A DNA stretch of 63,473 nt, filler included. It is 7 parts of 7 records of this genome, joined end to end, with 100 filler letters (N's around TTAATTAATTAA, not from the genome) between each part and the next. Parts side by side here need not be neighbours in the genome. Positions count along the whole stretch, not along the records: positions 19,991 to 25,846 come from SRR20825010_2348; positions 25,947 to 37,151 come from SRR20825010_2352; 5 more parts are not named here. One strand, 5' to 3'. Shown in pieces: positions 19,991 through 30,326 of this stretch. The translations under genes and the position numbers were made by a program. The notes below the pieces were generated by a model that searched no databases, was not told the DNA's origin, and saw only the letters and a list, made by a program, of their open reading frames with translations. Numbering within the stretch: the first letter of the stretch is position 1; each line of letters opens with the position of its first letter.

Positions 19991-21960
19991 ACGGTTTCCA
20001 GCGTAATATCCGTCGTCATCGGTCCTTGCAGAAACGGCGTCGCGACATGAAGCGCCTTGCGATCCGCATCATCCGGCACTGCGTTCAGAACATAGCGGCG
20101 ATGGCCTTCCTTCGCCCCGGAGAACCAGCTTTCCGCCTCAATCTTAGCGGCCACGCCATTGAGCGCGGCGTTGCCCGTCACCTGCACCCCTTTCGGATCA
20201 ACCGCCACCTTCAGCGCGCCCTCGGTGAGGGTGACATCCTCCGCCACGTCGGGGATGGTCGCCTCGGTGAAATCGCCCGTCGCGGCATACTCGACATTCT
20301 CAAGCTTCAAATCGAAGCGCAGCGGAAATTTAAACGACGCATCGACCGCCCCCGTCCCCGTCATCGCGGAAGGGACAATACCATAGGGAGACGCGAGGCC
20401 GAGCGGCTCCAGATCGAGGAAGGTGAAGATTTCCCGGCTGCTGCCCGTCACACGAATGACGATATCGGCGAGTTGGTCATATTTATCGAATTCATTGATG
20501 ATCACCTTGTCAGAGGTCACCTCAAGGCTGCCCAGCTTGCCGGTCATGCCGCTGATCGTGACCCCGGTTTCCGTCAGCACCGCACGTCCGTCGATATCGG
20601 TCACCTTCGGCAGCGGCGAGAAATAATTCGCCGAGGTGCCGTCTATGTTAAAGCTCAGGTTCACCGCGCCTTTCGGGATATCTCCGCTCGAAAGCGCGCC
20701 GGCGGGCAGATCGATCGCGAACTCCGCCTTCGGCACCATGCCGCCGCGAATATTCTGCGTCACCCAGTCATAGCCGTTACTCGCCATGGAATAGGGCCAG
20801 AACCGACCGAGATCATCGACCTTGAGATTGGCAAGACCGCCTTTCAGCGAGAGGCCCATGCCTGCCTCCGCGATATCGACGGCACCCGCGAGCTGCAGCG
20901 CCACGCCCAGGGTCTTGGCCGTCACACTGTCCAGGGTGACCTTGCTGAAATCGCCGGTCACCTCCCCGGAAACATCGAGGCTGTCAATCGCCAGCGGTTG
21001 CTTATACAACTCCGGCAAATCGATGTTGCCGGCCCCCGCCGATACGTCAAAACCGAGGGAATCGAAGCTGAATTTCTCATCGAGATCGACATTAACATGC
21101 CCGGAGAGGGATAAATCGATGCCTTTCAGCATCTTCAGCTCCTTGACCTGCTCCCCCACCAGAGGAAGCGGCAGGTCATTGAACTGCCCGTCAATCAGTG
21201 TGCGCTTGAGCTCCCGGTCATAATCCCCGAGGGCCACCACGGAGACATTCTCATTGCCGACCTTGATGTTCCCGCTGGCCTGCCCGCGCAATCCCCGCTC
21301 TTCGCGCCAGACAAAGACATCCGCGCCGGTCACCCGCCAGAACCGGCCGAGAATCTCATCCTCGATAAAGACCCCGGAATCATAAAGCTCCACCCGCTGA
21401 AGATAGCCGGTCAGGCTCGAAGGGTCCGGCTCCCGGCTCAGCTCCTTCAGGATATCGAGATAGCCGTCCTCCATCGCGACCTCGTCCGGGCTCTTTTCGG
21501 TCTCGGTCGCGTTGTCTCCGCTGGTTCCGGCCTCAGCCATCAGGCTATGCTCATAGCCGAACTTGATCTCGCCGGTTTTGTTCCGGTTCAGGCGGATTTT
21601 AAGCCCGGTGAATTCCAGCTCCGCCGGGGCGATCCGACCCCGGAGCAGCGCCGCGCCGCTGAACACCATGGTCACATCGGGGATGGAGGCAACCCGCCGT
21701 TTCTCCTCCGCTATGACAAGGTCATCGATCGCCACCATCAGGTTCTTGTCGCGGGCGTTCCATTCCAGTTCCAGCTTCTGAAAGGAAAAATCGACATCCG
21801 GATATTGCGCCTCCAGTATCTGCACCACATAGGGTTCGATAAAGGACAGCGACATCGGTCCGCGCGACAGCCCCGCGACCAGCGCGAGCGCAACGATAAA
21901 GACCAGCACGACGACCCCCATCAGGGTCCGGTACAATAATCTGGAAGTAGTTCTGACCAA
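19991..21960 (-). CDS. AsmA-like/YhdP-type (DUF3971) envelope protein (3'-truncated)
   Basis: N-terminal TM anchor, GPMSLSF, long beta-rich body, WP...DWV..NI.GG segment. Confidence 0.7.
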
Positions 21961-22033
21961 CTGAAAATTTCGCTTTTAATAAGGCTTGTATAAAAAAAGT
22001 CTGTCCCGATAATTGATCTTCGTATCGTAAACC

Positions 22034-25000
22034 ATGCAACCCGGATTAGGAATGCAGGATATCGCAGAAATAGAAAAAATTCCCTTCCCCGACGTGATGG
22101 CGGATCTTCCCGCGCCCGGCGACGCGGAGCTGCTGGTGGTCGGCCTTGAAAGCTGGCAGGAGGTTACCGCCGCCGATCCGGAGCTGGCCGCCTTCGCCGG
22201 GCGGCTTGCAGAAATCGACGAGGGCCCGCAAATCCTCGCCAGCATCTTTGGCAACAGCCCGTTTCTCTCAAGCTGCCTGCTGGCCGAGCCGCATCTCCTC
22301 CGGTATCTGGTGGAAGACGGCACGGAGCGGACGCTCCAATGGATATATAATGCGCTCCATGCGGATTGCGAGCTGGAGGCGGAGCGAGAGACGGTGATGG
22401 CGGCGCTGCGCATCGCGAAAAGGCGCATTGCCCTGCTGACGGCACTCTCGGACATGGGAAAAGTCTGGGAGTTGATGAAGATCACCGGCGTCCTCTCCAC
22501 CTTTGCCGACACGGCGGTGGAAATCTGCTGCCGCCATCTCCTCAAAGCCGCGAGCGACAAGGGAGAATTGACCCTGCCCCACCCGGACGATCCGACGAAG
22601 GACAGCGGCCTGATCATCATCGGCATGGGCAAGCTGGGCGCGGGGGAGCTTAATTATTCCTCCGATATCGATCTCGTCATCCTCTTCGATGCGGCGAAGA
22701 CGAGCTATACCGGTCGCCGTTCGGTGCAGGACTGCTTCGTCCGCATTGCCCGCAACCTCGTCACCATGATGCAGGAACGCACCCGCGACGGCTATGTCTT
22801 TCGCACCGATCTGCGGCTCCGGCCCGATCCCGGCGCGACGCCCATCGCGCTGTCCATCGGCGCGGCCCATGTCTATTACGAAAGCCAGGGCCAGAACTGG
22901 GAACGTGCCGCCATGATCAAGGCCCGCGCCATCGCCGGAGACCTAGACGCAGGAGCGGAGTTTGTCTCCTTCCTCACTCCCTTTATCTGGCGCAAATCCA
23001 TGGATTTCGCGGCGATTGAGGATATTCAGGCGATCAAGTCGCAAATCCACACCCATAAGGGATTTTCGAAAATCTCGCTGGAGGGGCATAATATCAAGAT
23101 CGGCCGGGGCGGCATCCGCGAGATCGAGTTTTTCTGCCAGACCCAGCAGCTGATCGAGGGCGGGCGCAACCCGTTCTTGCGGGAGGTGACGACGCTCGGC
23201 ACCCTCTCCCAGCTGGCCGCCGCGGGCAAAATCAGCCCGGCCGTGCGGGGGGAGCTACAGGACGCCTATATATATCTGCGCGAGCTGGAACATCGCCTGC
23301 AGATGATCCATGACGAGCAGACCCAGCTCCTGCCCGACGATGCGGAGGATTTCCGCAAACTCGGCGTTTTCTTCGGCTATGACGAGGTGCAGGAATTCCG
23401 CGCGAGTTTGCGCGCCACCCTTGAAGCCGTGCAGCGCCATTACGACGCCCTCTTCGCCTTTGAGGAAACGACAGACCGCAAAGCGGGCCGCCTGGTCTTC
23501 ACCGGGGCGGAGGATGACCCCGAAACGCTTAAATCGCTCGCCGAGCTGGGTTTTGAGGAAACCAGCGCCATCTCCCAGAAAGTCCGGGAATGGCATCATG
23601 GCCGCTACCGCGCAACCCGGACGGTCCGCGCGCAGCAGATCCTGACCGAGCTGATCCCGCAACTGCTCGAAGCGCTTGGCGATACCAGCAACCCGGACGC
23701 CGCCTTCACCCGCTTCGATGTCTTCTTGCAGAAGCTGCCCGCCGGGATACAGCTTTTCACCATGTTCAAGGCGCACCCGAGCTTGCTCAAACTGCTCGCG
23801 AAGATCATGGGGATGGCACCGGAGCTGGCCGAGACGCTCGCGCGGAATACCATGCTGCTCGACGGCGTGCTGGATACGGAGTTCATGGCGCCGCTGCTCC
23901 CGAAAACCTTCCTGGAGGCTGATCTTGAGATGATCCTCGCAACCGCGCGGGATTTTCAGGACGTGCTCGACTACACCCGCCGCTGGGCGAATGATCGCAA
24001 ATTCCGCCTCGGCGTGCAGATCCTCGATAATGTCGACCATGGCACCGGCCTCGGGGCGACGGTCGCCGCCGGTCCCGCCTTTTCCGACGTGACCGAGGTG
24101 ATCCTGGAGGCGATCCTGTTCAAGACGCGCGAAGAATTCGCCCGCACCCATGGCGTCGTGCCGGGCGGGGAGTTCGCCGTTATCGGCATGGGCAAGCTCG
24201 GCAGCCGGCAGATGACGCCCGCCTCCGACGCGGACCTGATCTTCCTGTTCGAGACGCCGGAAGAGGATATGGTGACCGACGGCCAAAAGCCGATCTCCGC
24301 CGGTCTTTATTACACCCGCTTTTGCCAGCGCTATATCAATGCGCTCAGCGTCCACACCGGGGAAGGGCAGCTCTATGAGGTCGATATGCGCCTCCGTCCC
24401 CATGGCAAGTCCGGTCCCATCGCCCTGAAACTGGCGAGCGCCCGGAAATATTACGAGGAGGAAGCCTGGACATGGGAGCATCTCGCCCTCACCCGCGCGC
24501 GGGTTGTCGCGGGCGACCCTGCCCTCTGCGGGAAAGCCGAGAAAATGCTGCGCGAGATTGCCCTCACCAGGCGCGATCCGGAGAAAATCCGTACCGAGAC
24601 CCTCAACATGCGCCGGCGGGTATTGAAGCAGCATGGCACCGACAACCCCCTCACCGTCAAGCATGCGCGCGGCGGCCTGATGGACCTTGAATTCCTCTGC
24701 CAGTATCTCCGCCTGAAGCATGGCCCGGACCATCCGGATATCCTTCGGCCCAATTCCATGGACAGCCTGAAGGTCATGAAGGCGGAGGGCATTCTCCCGG
24801 CGGAGACGGCCGACCGGCTCGTCGATATCCTGAAACTCTATCTCAATATCAGCGGGCTGAAACAACTCTGCCTCGGCGACCGGAAAATCGACGAGACGAT
24901 CCCCCTCGCCCTCAAAAAAGCCCTCGCGGAGGCCGGGGAGGTTGACACTTTCGACGCGCTCGCGAAAAAGCTGAAAGCCGCACAGAGCGATGTCGACCGG

Positions 25001-25042
25001 CTGCTCAATGACTATCTTGGAAAGGGCGCGACGGCGGAATAG
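22034..25042 (+). CDS. glnE: Bifunctional glutamine synthetase adenylyltransferase/removase
   Basis: Two nucleotidyltransferase repeats (GMGKLGAGELNYSSDID; GMGKLGSRQMTPASDAD), DLRLRP, WER, GGIREIEF. Confidence 0.95.
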   Translation: MQPGLGMQDIAEIEKIPFPDVMADLPAPGDAELLVVGLESWQEVTAADPELAAFAGRLAEIDEGPQILASIFGNSPFLSSCLLAEPHLLRYLVEDGTERTLQWIYNALHADCELEAERETVMAALRIAKRRIALLTALSDMGKVWELMKITGVLSTFADTAVEICCRHLLKAASDKGELTLPHPDDPTKDSGLIIIGMGKLGAGELNYSSDIDLVILFDAAKTSYTGRRSVQDCFVRIARNLVTMMQERTRDGYVFRTDLRLRPDPGATPIALSIGAAHVYYESQGQNWERAAMIKARAIAGDLDAGAEFVSFLTPFIWRKSMDFAAIEDIQAIKSQIHTHKGFSKISLEGHNIKIGRGGIREIEFFCQTQQLIEGGRNPFLREVTTLGTLSQLAAAGKISPAVRGELQDAYIYLRELEHRLQMIHDEQTQLLPDDAEDFRKLGVFFGYDEVQEFRASLRATLEAVQRHYDALFAFEETTDRKAGRLVFTGAEDDPETLKSLAELGFEETSAISQKVREWHHGRYRATRTVRAQQILTELIPQLLEALGDTSNPDAAFTRFDVFLQKLPAGIQLFTMFKAHPSLLKLLAKIMGMAPELAETLARNTMLLDGVLDTEFMAPLLPKTFLEADLEMILATARDFQDVLDYTRRWANDRKFRLGVQILDNVDHGTGLGATVAAGPAFSDVTEVILEAILFKTREEFARTHGVVPGGEFAVIGMGKLGSRQMTPASDADLIFLFETPEEDMVTDGQKPISAGLYYTRFCQRYINALSVHTGEGQLYEVDMRLRPHGKSGPIALKLASARKYYEEEAWTWEHLALTRARVVAGDPALCGKAEKMLREIALTRRDPEKIRTETLNMRRRVLKQHGTDNPLTVKHARGGLMDLEFLCQYLRLKHGPDHPDILRPNSMDSLKVMKAEGILPAETADRLVDILKLYLNISGLKQLCLGDRKIDETIPLALKKALAEAGEVDTFDALAKKLKAAQSDVDRLLNDYLGKGATAE

Positions 25043-25060
25043 GCCGCGAGCGGCTTTATC

Positions 25061-25846
25061 TCAGCATTGAAGATACGGGGCGTTTGGCAGGCGGATGGTG
25101 ACGCGGCTGCCCTTGCCGAGTTCGCTGATAAACTCCATGGTGCCGCCATGCAGCTCCACCAGGGTGCGCGACAGCGACAGGCCGAGGCCGGTCCCGTCCT
25201 TCGTGGTGAGATGGGATTCCGTCGCCTGCACGAACGGCTCGAAAATCGTCGGCAGGTCTTTCTCCGCCACGCCAACCCCCGTGTCATCCACCGACAGGAT
25301 CACCTCATCATCATGTTGGGCGCATGTCATGGAGATCACGCCGCCTTTCAGCGTGAATTTGATGCTGTTGCTGAGGATATTGAGCAAAATCTGCCGCACC
25401 CGCCGGGCATCGGCGAAAATCGAGAAGTCGAAATCTCCCTTGTTATACCGCACCGTCACGCCGTTTTCATTGGCCTGCTGCATGATCATTTTCAGCGACT
25501 CATTGACGATCTCGGCAAGGTCGAAAAACTCCTTCTCCAGCTGGAGCTTGCCTTCCTCAATCGCGCCAAGGTCGAGTAGATCGGAGATAATCGCCAGTAG
25601 ATGCTTCCCCGAGCCGTTGATATCGGCGGCATATTCGCGATATTTCTCCGACGGCAGTTTACCGAAGGTTTCCATCAGCATCATGTCGGAATAGCCGATA
25701 ATGGCATTGAGCGGCGTTCTCAGCTCATGGTTCATATTGGCGATGAACAGGTTTTTCGCCTTATGCGCATCGATCGCGCTCTTCATCGTGTTGATCAGCA
25801 CCTCCTCGGACTTCTTCTGCTCCGTTATATCGCGGATAATGCTGAC
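25061..25846 (-). CDS. Sensor histidine kinase, PleC/DivJ-like (5'-truncated)
   Basis: PAC end IRDITE, HELRTPLNAIIG, QILLNILSNSIKFT, DTGVG, GTGLGL; frame open to contig edge. Confidence 0.88.
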   Translation of the reverse strand, partial: VSIIRDITEQKKSEEVLINTMKSAIDAHKAKNLFIANMNHELRTPLNAIIGYSDMMLMETFGKLPSEKYREYAADINGSGKHLLAIISDLLDLGAIEEGKLQLEKEFFDLAEIVNESLKMIMQQANENGVTVRYNKGDFDFSIFADARRVRQILLNILSNSIKFTLKGGVISMTCAQHDDEVILSVDDTGVGVAEKDLPTIFEPFVQATESHLTTKDGTGLGLSLSRTLVELHGGTMEFISELGKGSRVTIRLPNAPYLQC

Positions 25847-25946
25847 NNNNNNNNNNNNNNNNNNNNNNNNNNNNNNNNNNNNNNNNNNNNTTAATTAATT
25901 AANNNNNNNNNNNNNNNNNNNNNNNNNNNNNNNNNNNNNNNNNNNN
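25847..25946. other. Artificial contig spacer
   Basis: 44 N + TTAATTAATTAA + 44 N. Confidence 0.99.
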
Positions 25947-26021
25947 CCCCTCCAACTGGGCCACAAGCCCGCGCAAGCCTTCGCAGAAAATGGGCTGCTC
26001 GCCAACAATCAGAATTTTCAT
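25947..26021 (-). CDS. N-terminus of NarL/FixJ-type response regulator (truncated; not in ORF track)
   Basis: Manual translation MKILIVGEQPIFCEGLRGLVAQLEG resembles the MKILIVDDHP..REGL receiver start; only 25 codons visible. Confidence 0.6.
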
Positions 26022-26508
26022 AACTTGCCCTTGCCGCCGCTGGAGAAAGACGGCTCAACGGGTTGGGGGGCTTCCAAAAATACAACCGGTAGGCGCATTA
26101 TAAAAACCACACAACCAAACTCAACCATAAGATGCATTCAGTTTTGACCCAAAACGGATCAGGGGTAAAGCGAAAGGTCATATCCCTCCGTCTCTTGTTG
26201 AGAAAAATGACCTAGAACTATCGGAGAGATGTCCTAAAACGAATGAACACCCCCTCATCCCATCGATGCTCGCAAACCGGATGCCATTTCTCGAAATGTC
26301 TGAAAGCCAGCGCGCAATTGGCTGCCGCATCAGGCCAACTTCGCATCCGCCTGTTTTTGACATGAAATAACTGTGCAACTTCAAATGATTGCGGGCCTCG
26401 AAACCCTGACGTAGGGTGCGCAACTCGATAGACAGTCCACTCAAATGTGATAGCAATCAGCCTGTTGGGTGCTGCCGCTTGGAGATTATTTTCCCGCTTA
26501 GACAATCA

Positions 26509-26585
26509 GGCTCCGTAGCTCAGCTGGATAGAGCACCAGATTCCTAATCTGGGGGTCGCGCGTTCGAATCGCGCCGGAGTCACCA
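26509..26585 (+). tRNA. tRNA-Arg (anticodon CCT)
   Basis: Acceptor GGCTCCG/CGGAGTC, D-arm GCTC/GAGC, anticodon arm CCAGA-TTCCTAA-TCTGG, T-arm GCGCG-TTCGAAT-CGCGC, encoded CCA. Confidence 0.97.
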
Positions 26586-26635
26586 TCCCGTCAACCAATC
26601 GCCGACGCCAATTGGCATCTCCGTAGAGGCACCCG

Positions 26636-26854
26636 ATGAAACTTTGGAAAGGCTCTGCCAAATCCTCGAACTTGCGCAGTATGCTGAAAGCTGTGAGCTG
26701 GCGTGTCACAGCAAGCGCAGACACGTTCCTCATCGCATGGTTTGTCACAGGAGAGCCGATGATGGGCGGCGCGATAGCCGTGGGCGAAGTATTGACCAAG
26801 CTTGTCTGGTACTATCTGCACGAACGCATCTGGGCGCATATCAACGTCGAATAA
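26636..26854 (+). CDS. DUF2061 small membrane protein
   Basis: RSMLKAVSWR...DTFLIAW..TG...YYLHERIW. Confidence 0.8.
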   Translation: MKLWKGSAKSSNLRSMLKAVSWRVTASADTFLIAWFVTGEPMMGGAIAVGEVLTKLVWYYLHERIWAHINVE

Positions 26855-26872
26855 GACAGGCCAATATGCCGG

Positions 26873-28075
26873 TCACTCGAAACGCAAAGCTTCAATCGGA
26901 TCAAGCCGTGCCGCATTGCGCGCTGGGAAGTAACCAAAAACAATGCCCACAAGCGCAGAGAATATGAAGGCAACCGCAATGATCGGCAAATTGATCACAA
27001 AGGGTATGGCAACCGCATAGGCCACCAGCCCCGAGATACCCAGCCCGAGTATGATGCCAACAACGCCACCGGCCAGCGACAGAGCGCCGGCCTCAACCAG
27101 AAATTGCATCAGCACTTCTCTTTCATAAGCGCCGATGGCAAGCCTGATACCGATCTCTCGCGTGCGCTCTGTCACCGAGACCAGCATGATATTCATGATG
27201 CCGATGCCGCCGACAATAAGGCTGATCGCTGCCACGGAACCAAGAAATGCTGTCAGCAACGCAGTTGTGCCTTCCACCAGCGCGGCGATCTCGCGCATGT
27301 CCTGCACCTGAAAATCATCGCTCTCGCCCGCTGAGATATGACGGCGCTGGCGCAGCAACAATGTTGCCTGCTCCTTCACGCGGTCAATCACTGCACCCGA
27401 TGATGCAGACAGAAAGATCATCGAAATATTGTCATTGCCCGATACGCGGCGCTGAAAGGCAAGAAGCGGCAGAATGACGGCATCATCCTGATCCTGCCCA
27501 AATGTCGAAGAGCCTTTCGCCTCCAGCAATCCGATTACCTGACATGAATTGACGCCAATGCGCAGCCGCGCACCGATCGGATCTTGCCGGCCGAAGAGAT
27601 TCTTGTGAACCGTCTCACCGATCACACAAACCATGCGCCCGCTGCGCTCCTCAGCTTCGTCAAACACACGCCCGGCAGACAGCCCCCATTGGCGCACCTG
27701 AAAATAATCGTTCGTTGCGCCCGAAACCGTCGTCGTCCAGTTCGTATTGGCATAAACCGCGCGCACGGATGACGACGACATAGGCGCCACAACATCCAAC
27801 CCACTAACACCACGCTGCAAAGCCGCCACATCAGCTTCTTTGAACATCGCTCCGCCCGCACTCGGCCCACGCTGGCGGCTGCCGGGAAAGACCATCAGCA
27901 GATTCTTGCCAAGACCGGAAATATCGGCCGATACTTTCTGTTGCGCGCCACCGCCCAGCGTCACCATAGCAATAACCGCCGCCACGCCAATTATGATCCC
28001 GAGCATGGTCAACGCTGAACGCAAAAAGTTGCGACGGATTTCACGAAAGGCCAGAACAAGTGTCTCGAAAAACAT
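26873..28075 (-). CDS. MacB-family ABC permease
   Basis: RSALTMLGIIIG, GGIGIMNIMLVSVTERTREIG, PARNAARLDPIEAL. Confidence 0.92.
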   Translation of the reverse strand: MFFETLVLAFREIRRNFLRSALTMLGIIIGVAAVIAMVTLGGGAQQKVSADISGLGKNLLMVFPGSRQRGPSAGGAMFKEADVAALQRGVSGLDVVAPMSSSSVRAVYANTNWTTTVSGATNDYFQVRQWGLSAGRVFDEAEERSGRMVCVIGETVHKNLFGRQDPIGARLRIGVNSCQVIGLLEAKGSSTFGQDQDDAVILPLLAFQRRVSGNDNISMIFLSASSGAVIDRVKEQATLLLRQRRHISAGESDDFQVQDMREIAALVEGTTALLTAFLGSVAAISLIVGGIGIMNIMLVSVTERTREIGIRLAIGAYEREVLMQFLVEAGALSLAGGVVGIILGLGISGLVAYAVAIPFVINLPIIAVAFIFSALVGIVFGYFPARNAARLDPIEALRFE

Positions 28076-28078
28076 GAT

Positions 28079-28798
28079 CTACCCCCGCACTTTTTTGGCT
28101 GTATCGGATTCGATATGTCCGTCACGAAAAATCACCGACCGATCCGCAAAGGCGGCCATATCCGCCTCATGTGTCACCATGACGATGGTAATACCCTGAT
28201 CGCTGTTGAGATGCGCCAGCAGTTCCATGATTTCCGCTGAACGCTGAGTATCAAGATTGCCCGTCGGCTCGTCGGCCAGCAGAACGGCAGGCTCGCTCGC
28301 AATGGCACGCGCAATGGCCACACGTTGCTGCTGCCCGCCGGACAATTCACCCGATGTATGACCAGCGCGATCCGAAAGGCCCACAGCCTCCAGCGCATGA
28401 AGCGCACGCTCATGCCGCTCGGCGCGCTTCATGCCGCGATAAATCAGTGGCAGCTCCACATTCTCCAGTGCGGTTGTACGCTTGAGAAGATTGAAACCCT
28501 GAAAAACAAACCCGAGATAGTTCCGTCGCAACAATGCTCGCTGGTCACGCGTCAGCGCGCCTACATCGACACCGCGAAAAAGATACTTCCCGCCACTGGG
28601 CGTATCCAGACAGCCAATAATATTCATGCATGTCGATTTGCCCGACCCGCTCGGCCCCATAACGGCAACAAACTCTCCGTCGCGTATCGTCAAATCAACA
28701 CCGTCAAGCGCACGCACTTCATTCTCGCCCGCGCCATAAATTTTCTGCACATCGCGGAACGCGACAAGCGGCATATCCTGAGCAGAGCGCATCACCAC
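28079..28798 (-). CDS. MacB/LolD-type ABC ATP-binding protein
   Basis: [32 protein letters not shown]; exact start uncertain. Confidence 0.92.
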   Translation of the reverse strand: MVMRSAQDMPLVAFRDVQKIYGAGENEVRALDGVDLTIRDGEFVAVMGPSGSGKSTCMNIIGCLDTPSGGKYLFRGVDVGALTRDQRALLRRNYLGFVFQGFNLLKRTTALENVELPLIYRGMKRAERHERALHALEAVGLSDRAGHTSGELSGGQQQRVAIARAIASEPAVLLADEPTGNLDTQRSAEIMELLAHLNSDQGITIVMVTHEADMAAFADRSVIFRDGHIESDTAKKVRG

Positions 28799-30021
28799 TA
28801 TTGGCCCTTTGCCTTCACATCCACAGCCACATTGTCGCCTTGCGAAAGCCCGCCCGAAAGCACCTCGGTCACCTGCCCGTTGGTCAGCCCCGGCTCCACC
28901 GCAACTGCCACAGGTTCGCCATCTCTCATCACCCAGACATGCTTCAACACAGTGCCGGATGATGATACTTCTGCAGCAGGCTCTTTGGCATCAGGCGGCG
29001 TGAAGCGTGTCGCTCCATTGGGCACCAGCAGCACATCTTTCTTTTCCGAAGTCACAATTTCTGCGGTGGCAGTCATGCCAGGGCGCAGCGCCAAATCGGA
29101 ATTGTCGATCGACAGCACTGCGACATAAGAAACAACGTTGTTCGTGGTGGTGGAAGCATAGCGCAGCTTCTCGATCCGCGCCTGAAAGACCCGGTTCGGA
29201 TAGGCATCCACCGTAAAAGTCGCAGACTGGCCGTCACGCACCTCGCCCACATCGGCCTCATCCACATTTACCTGAAGTTCCATGTGGCTTAAATCATCAG
29301 CCAGCGTGAAAAGCGTCGGCGTCTCGAATGTTGCGGCCACTGTCTGGCCCGGCTCGATATTGCGGTCAATTACGACACCGTCAATCGGCGAGAGAATGAC
29401 TGCCTTGGACAATGAGTTCTTATCTGCCGCCAATTGTGCTTCACTCGCCTTCACCCGCGCTTTGGCACCGGCATAATTAGCTTCAGCGCGCTTCATATCA
29501 GCCAGCGCCATATCCAGCTCAAGTTTCGAGATCGCGTTCTGCGCAGCAAGCCCCTTGTAGCGTTTCCACTTGGCACTCGCCTCGATCCGCGTCGCCTCAT
29601 TCAGCAAGACCGTTGCACGGGATTCATCCAGCGTCGCCTCCGATTTAGCCACAGCATTCTTCAATGCTGTCGTGTCGATTTCGACCAGCACTTGTCCCTT
29701 GGTCACCTTGTCATTGAAATCAGCATTGACCTTGTCGATCCGGCCGGAAATTTCACTGCCAACCGCCACCGATGTTTCAGGTTCTACGGTGCCTGTTGCC
29801 GTCACCAGAACCTTCAGCTCGCCTCGCGTCACAGGCTCGCTCACATAGGTCACGCCCGATGAGCCGCGAAAGAAGATCAACCAGAAAATCAGCACGAGAA
29901 AAAGCGCAAGACCACCGGCGAGAAAGGGATGCGCCCGCGGCCAAGCCAGCCAGCTTTTCGTCGACGTCCCGTTCCCATTCAGGCCCAGACGGTCGGCCAC
30001 TTCCTCACTCGCATTGCTCAT
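28798..30021 (-). CDS. MacA-like periplasmic adaptor (membrane fusion protein)
   Basis: Single TM, ATGTVEP..VGSEISG, coiled hairpin, SPIDGVV, VDEADVG, LRPGMTA. Confidence 0.9.
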   Translation of the reverse strand: MSNASEEVADRLGLNGNGTSTKSWLAWPRAHPFLAGGLALFLVLIFWLIFFRGSSGVTYVSEPVTRGELKVLVTATGTVEPETSVAVGSEISGRIDKVNADFNDKVTKGQVLVEIDTTALKNAVAKSEATLDESRATVLLNEATRIEASAKWKRYKGLAAQNAISKLELDMALADMKRAEANYAGAKARVKASEAQLAADKNSLSKAVILSPIDGVVIDRNIEPGQTVAATFETPTLFTLADDLSHMELQVNVDEADVGEVRDGQSATFTVDAYPNRVFQARIEKLRYASTTTNNVVSYVAVLSIDNSDLALRPGMTATAEIVTSEKKDVLLVPNGATRFTPPDAKEPAAEVSSSGTVLKHVWVMRDGEPVAVAVEPGLTNGQVTEVLSGGLSQGDNVAVDVKAKGQ

Positions 30022-30326
30022 CACTTTGTGCCCCGCATGGGCCCTCTGTTTCTAAGTCCGAAATTCCCGGTTTCTGACGCCACCCCTGTATCAACGTATA
30101 CAGACTGCAAATCCGTCGCTTACGGGAAAAAGCGCTCTCAAGCGACGCCTTATGATTGTCATTCCCCGACACATGTTTTAGGAAGTCGGGACGTCAGAAT
30201 AAGCCTCGCACGGCAAAGCGCGCTGTGACATTCTGGCCCGACCGGCAGGTAACTCACCCTGCCAATAAGGACATAAGACCGGATCAGCCCCGCGCAAGAC
30301 GGGAAACAAGGCAAACACACCCTGTC

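Noticed and set aside
23255..24865. 536-aa ORF antisense to glnE, and similar shadows over mutL, lpxK, rsmA, the ThDP enzyme and TIGR03032
   Set aside because: Fully overlap well-supported genes on the opposite strand; typical high-GC artefacts
26509..30021. tRNA-Arg as an integration site for the downstream exporter genes
   Set aside because: No integrase and no duplicated tRNA 3' end seen in the contig
30086..30103. CTGT...ACAG as a LexA box
   Set aside because: Spacer is 10 not 8, and alphaproteobacterial LexA uses a different motif
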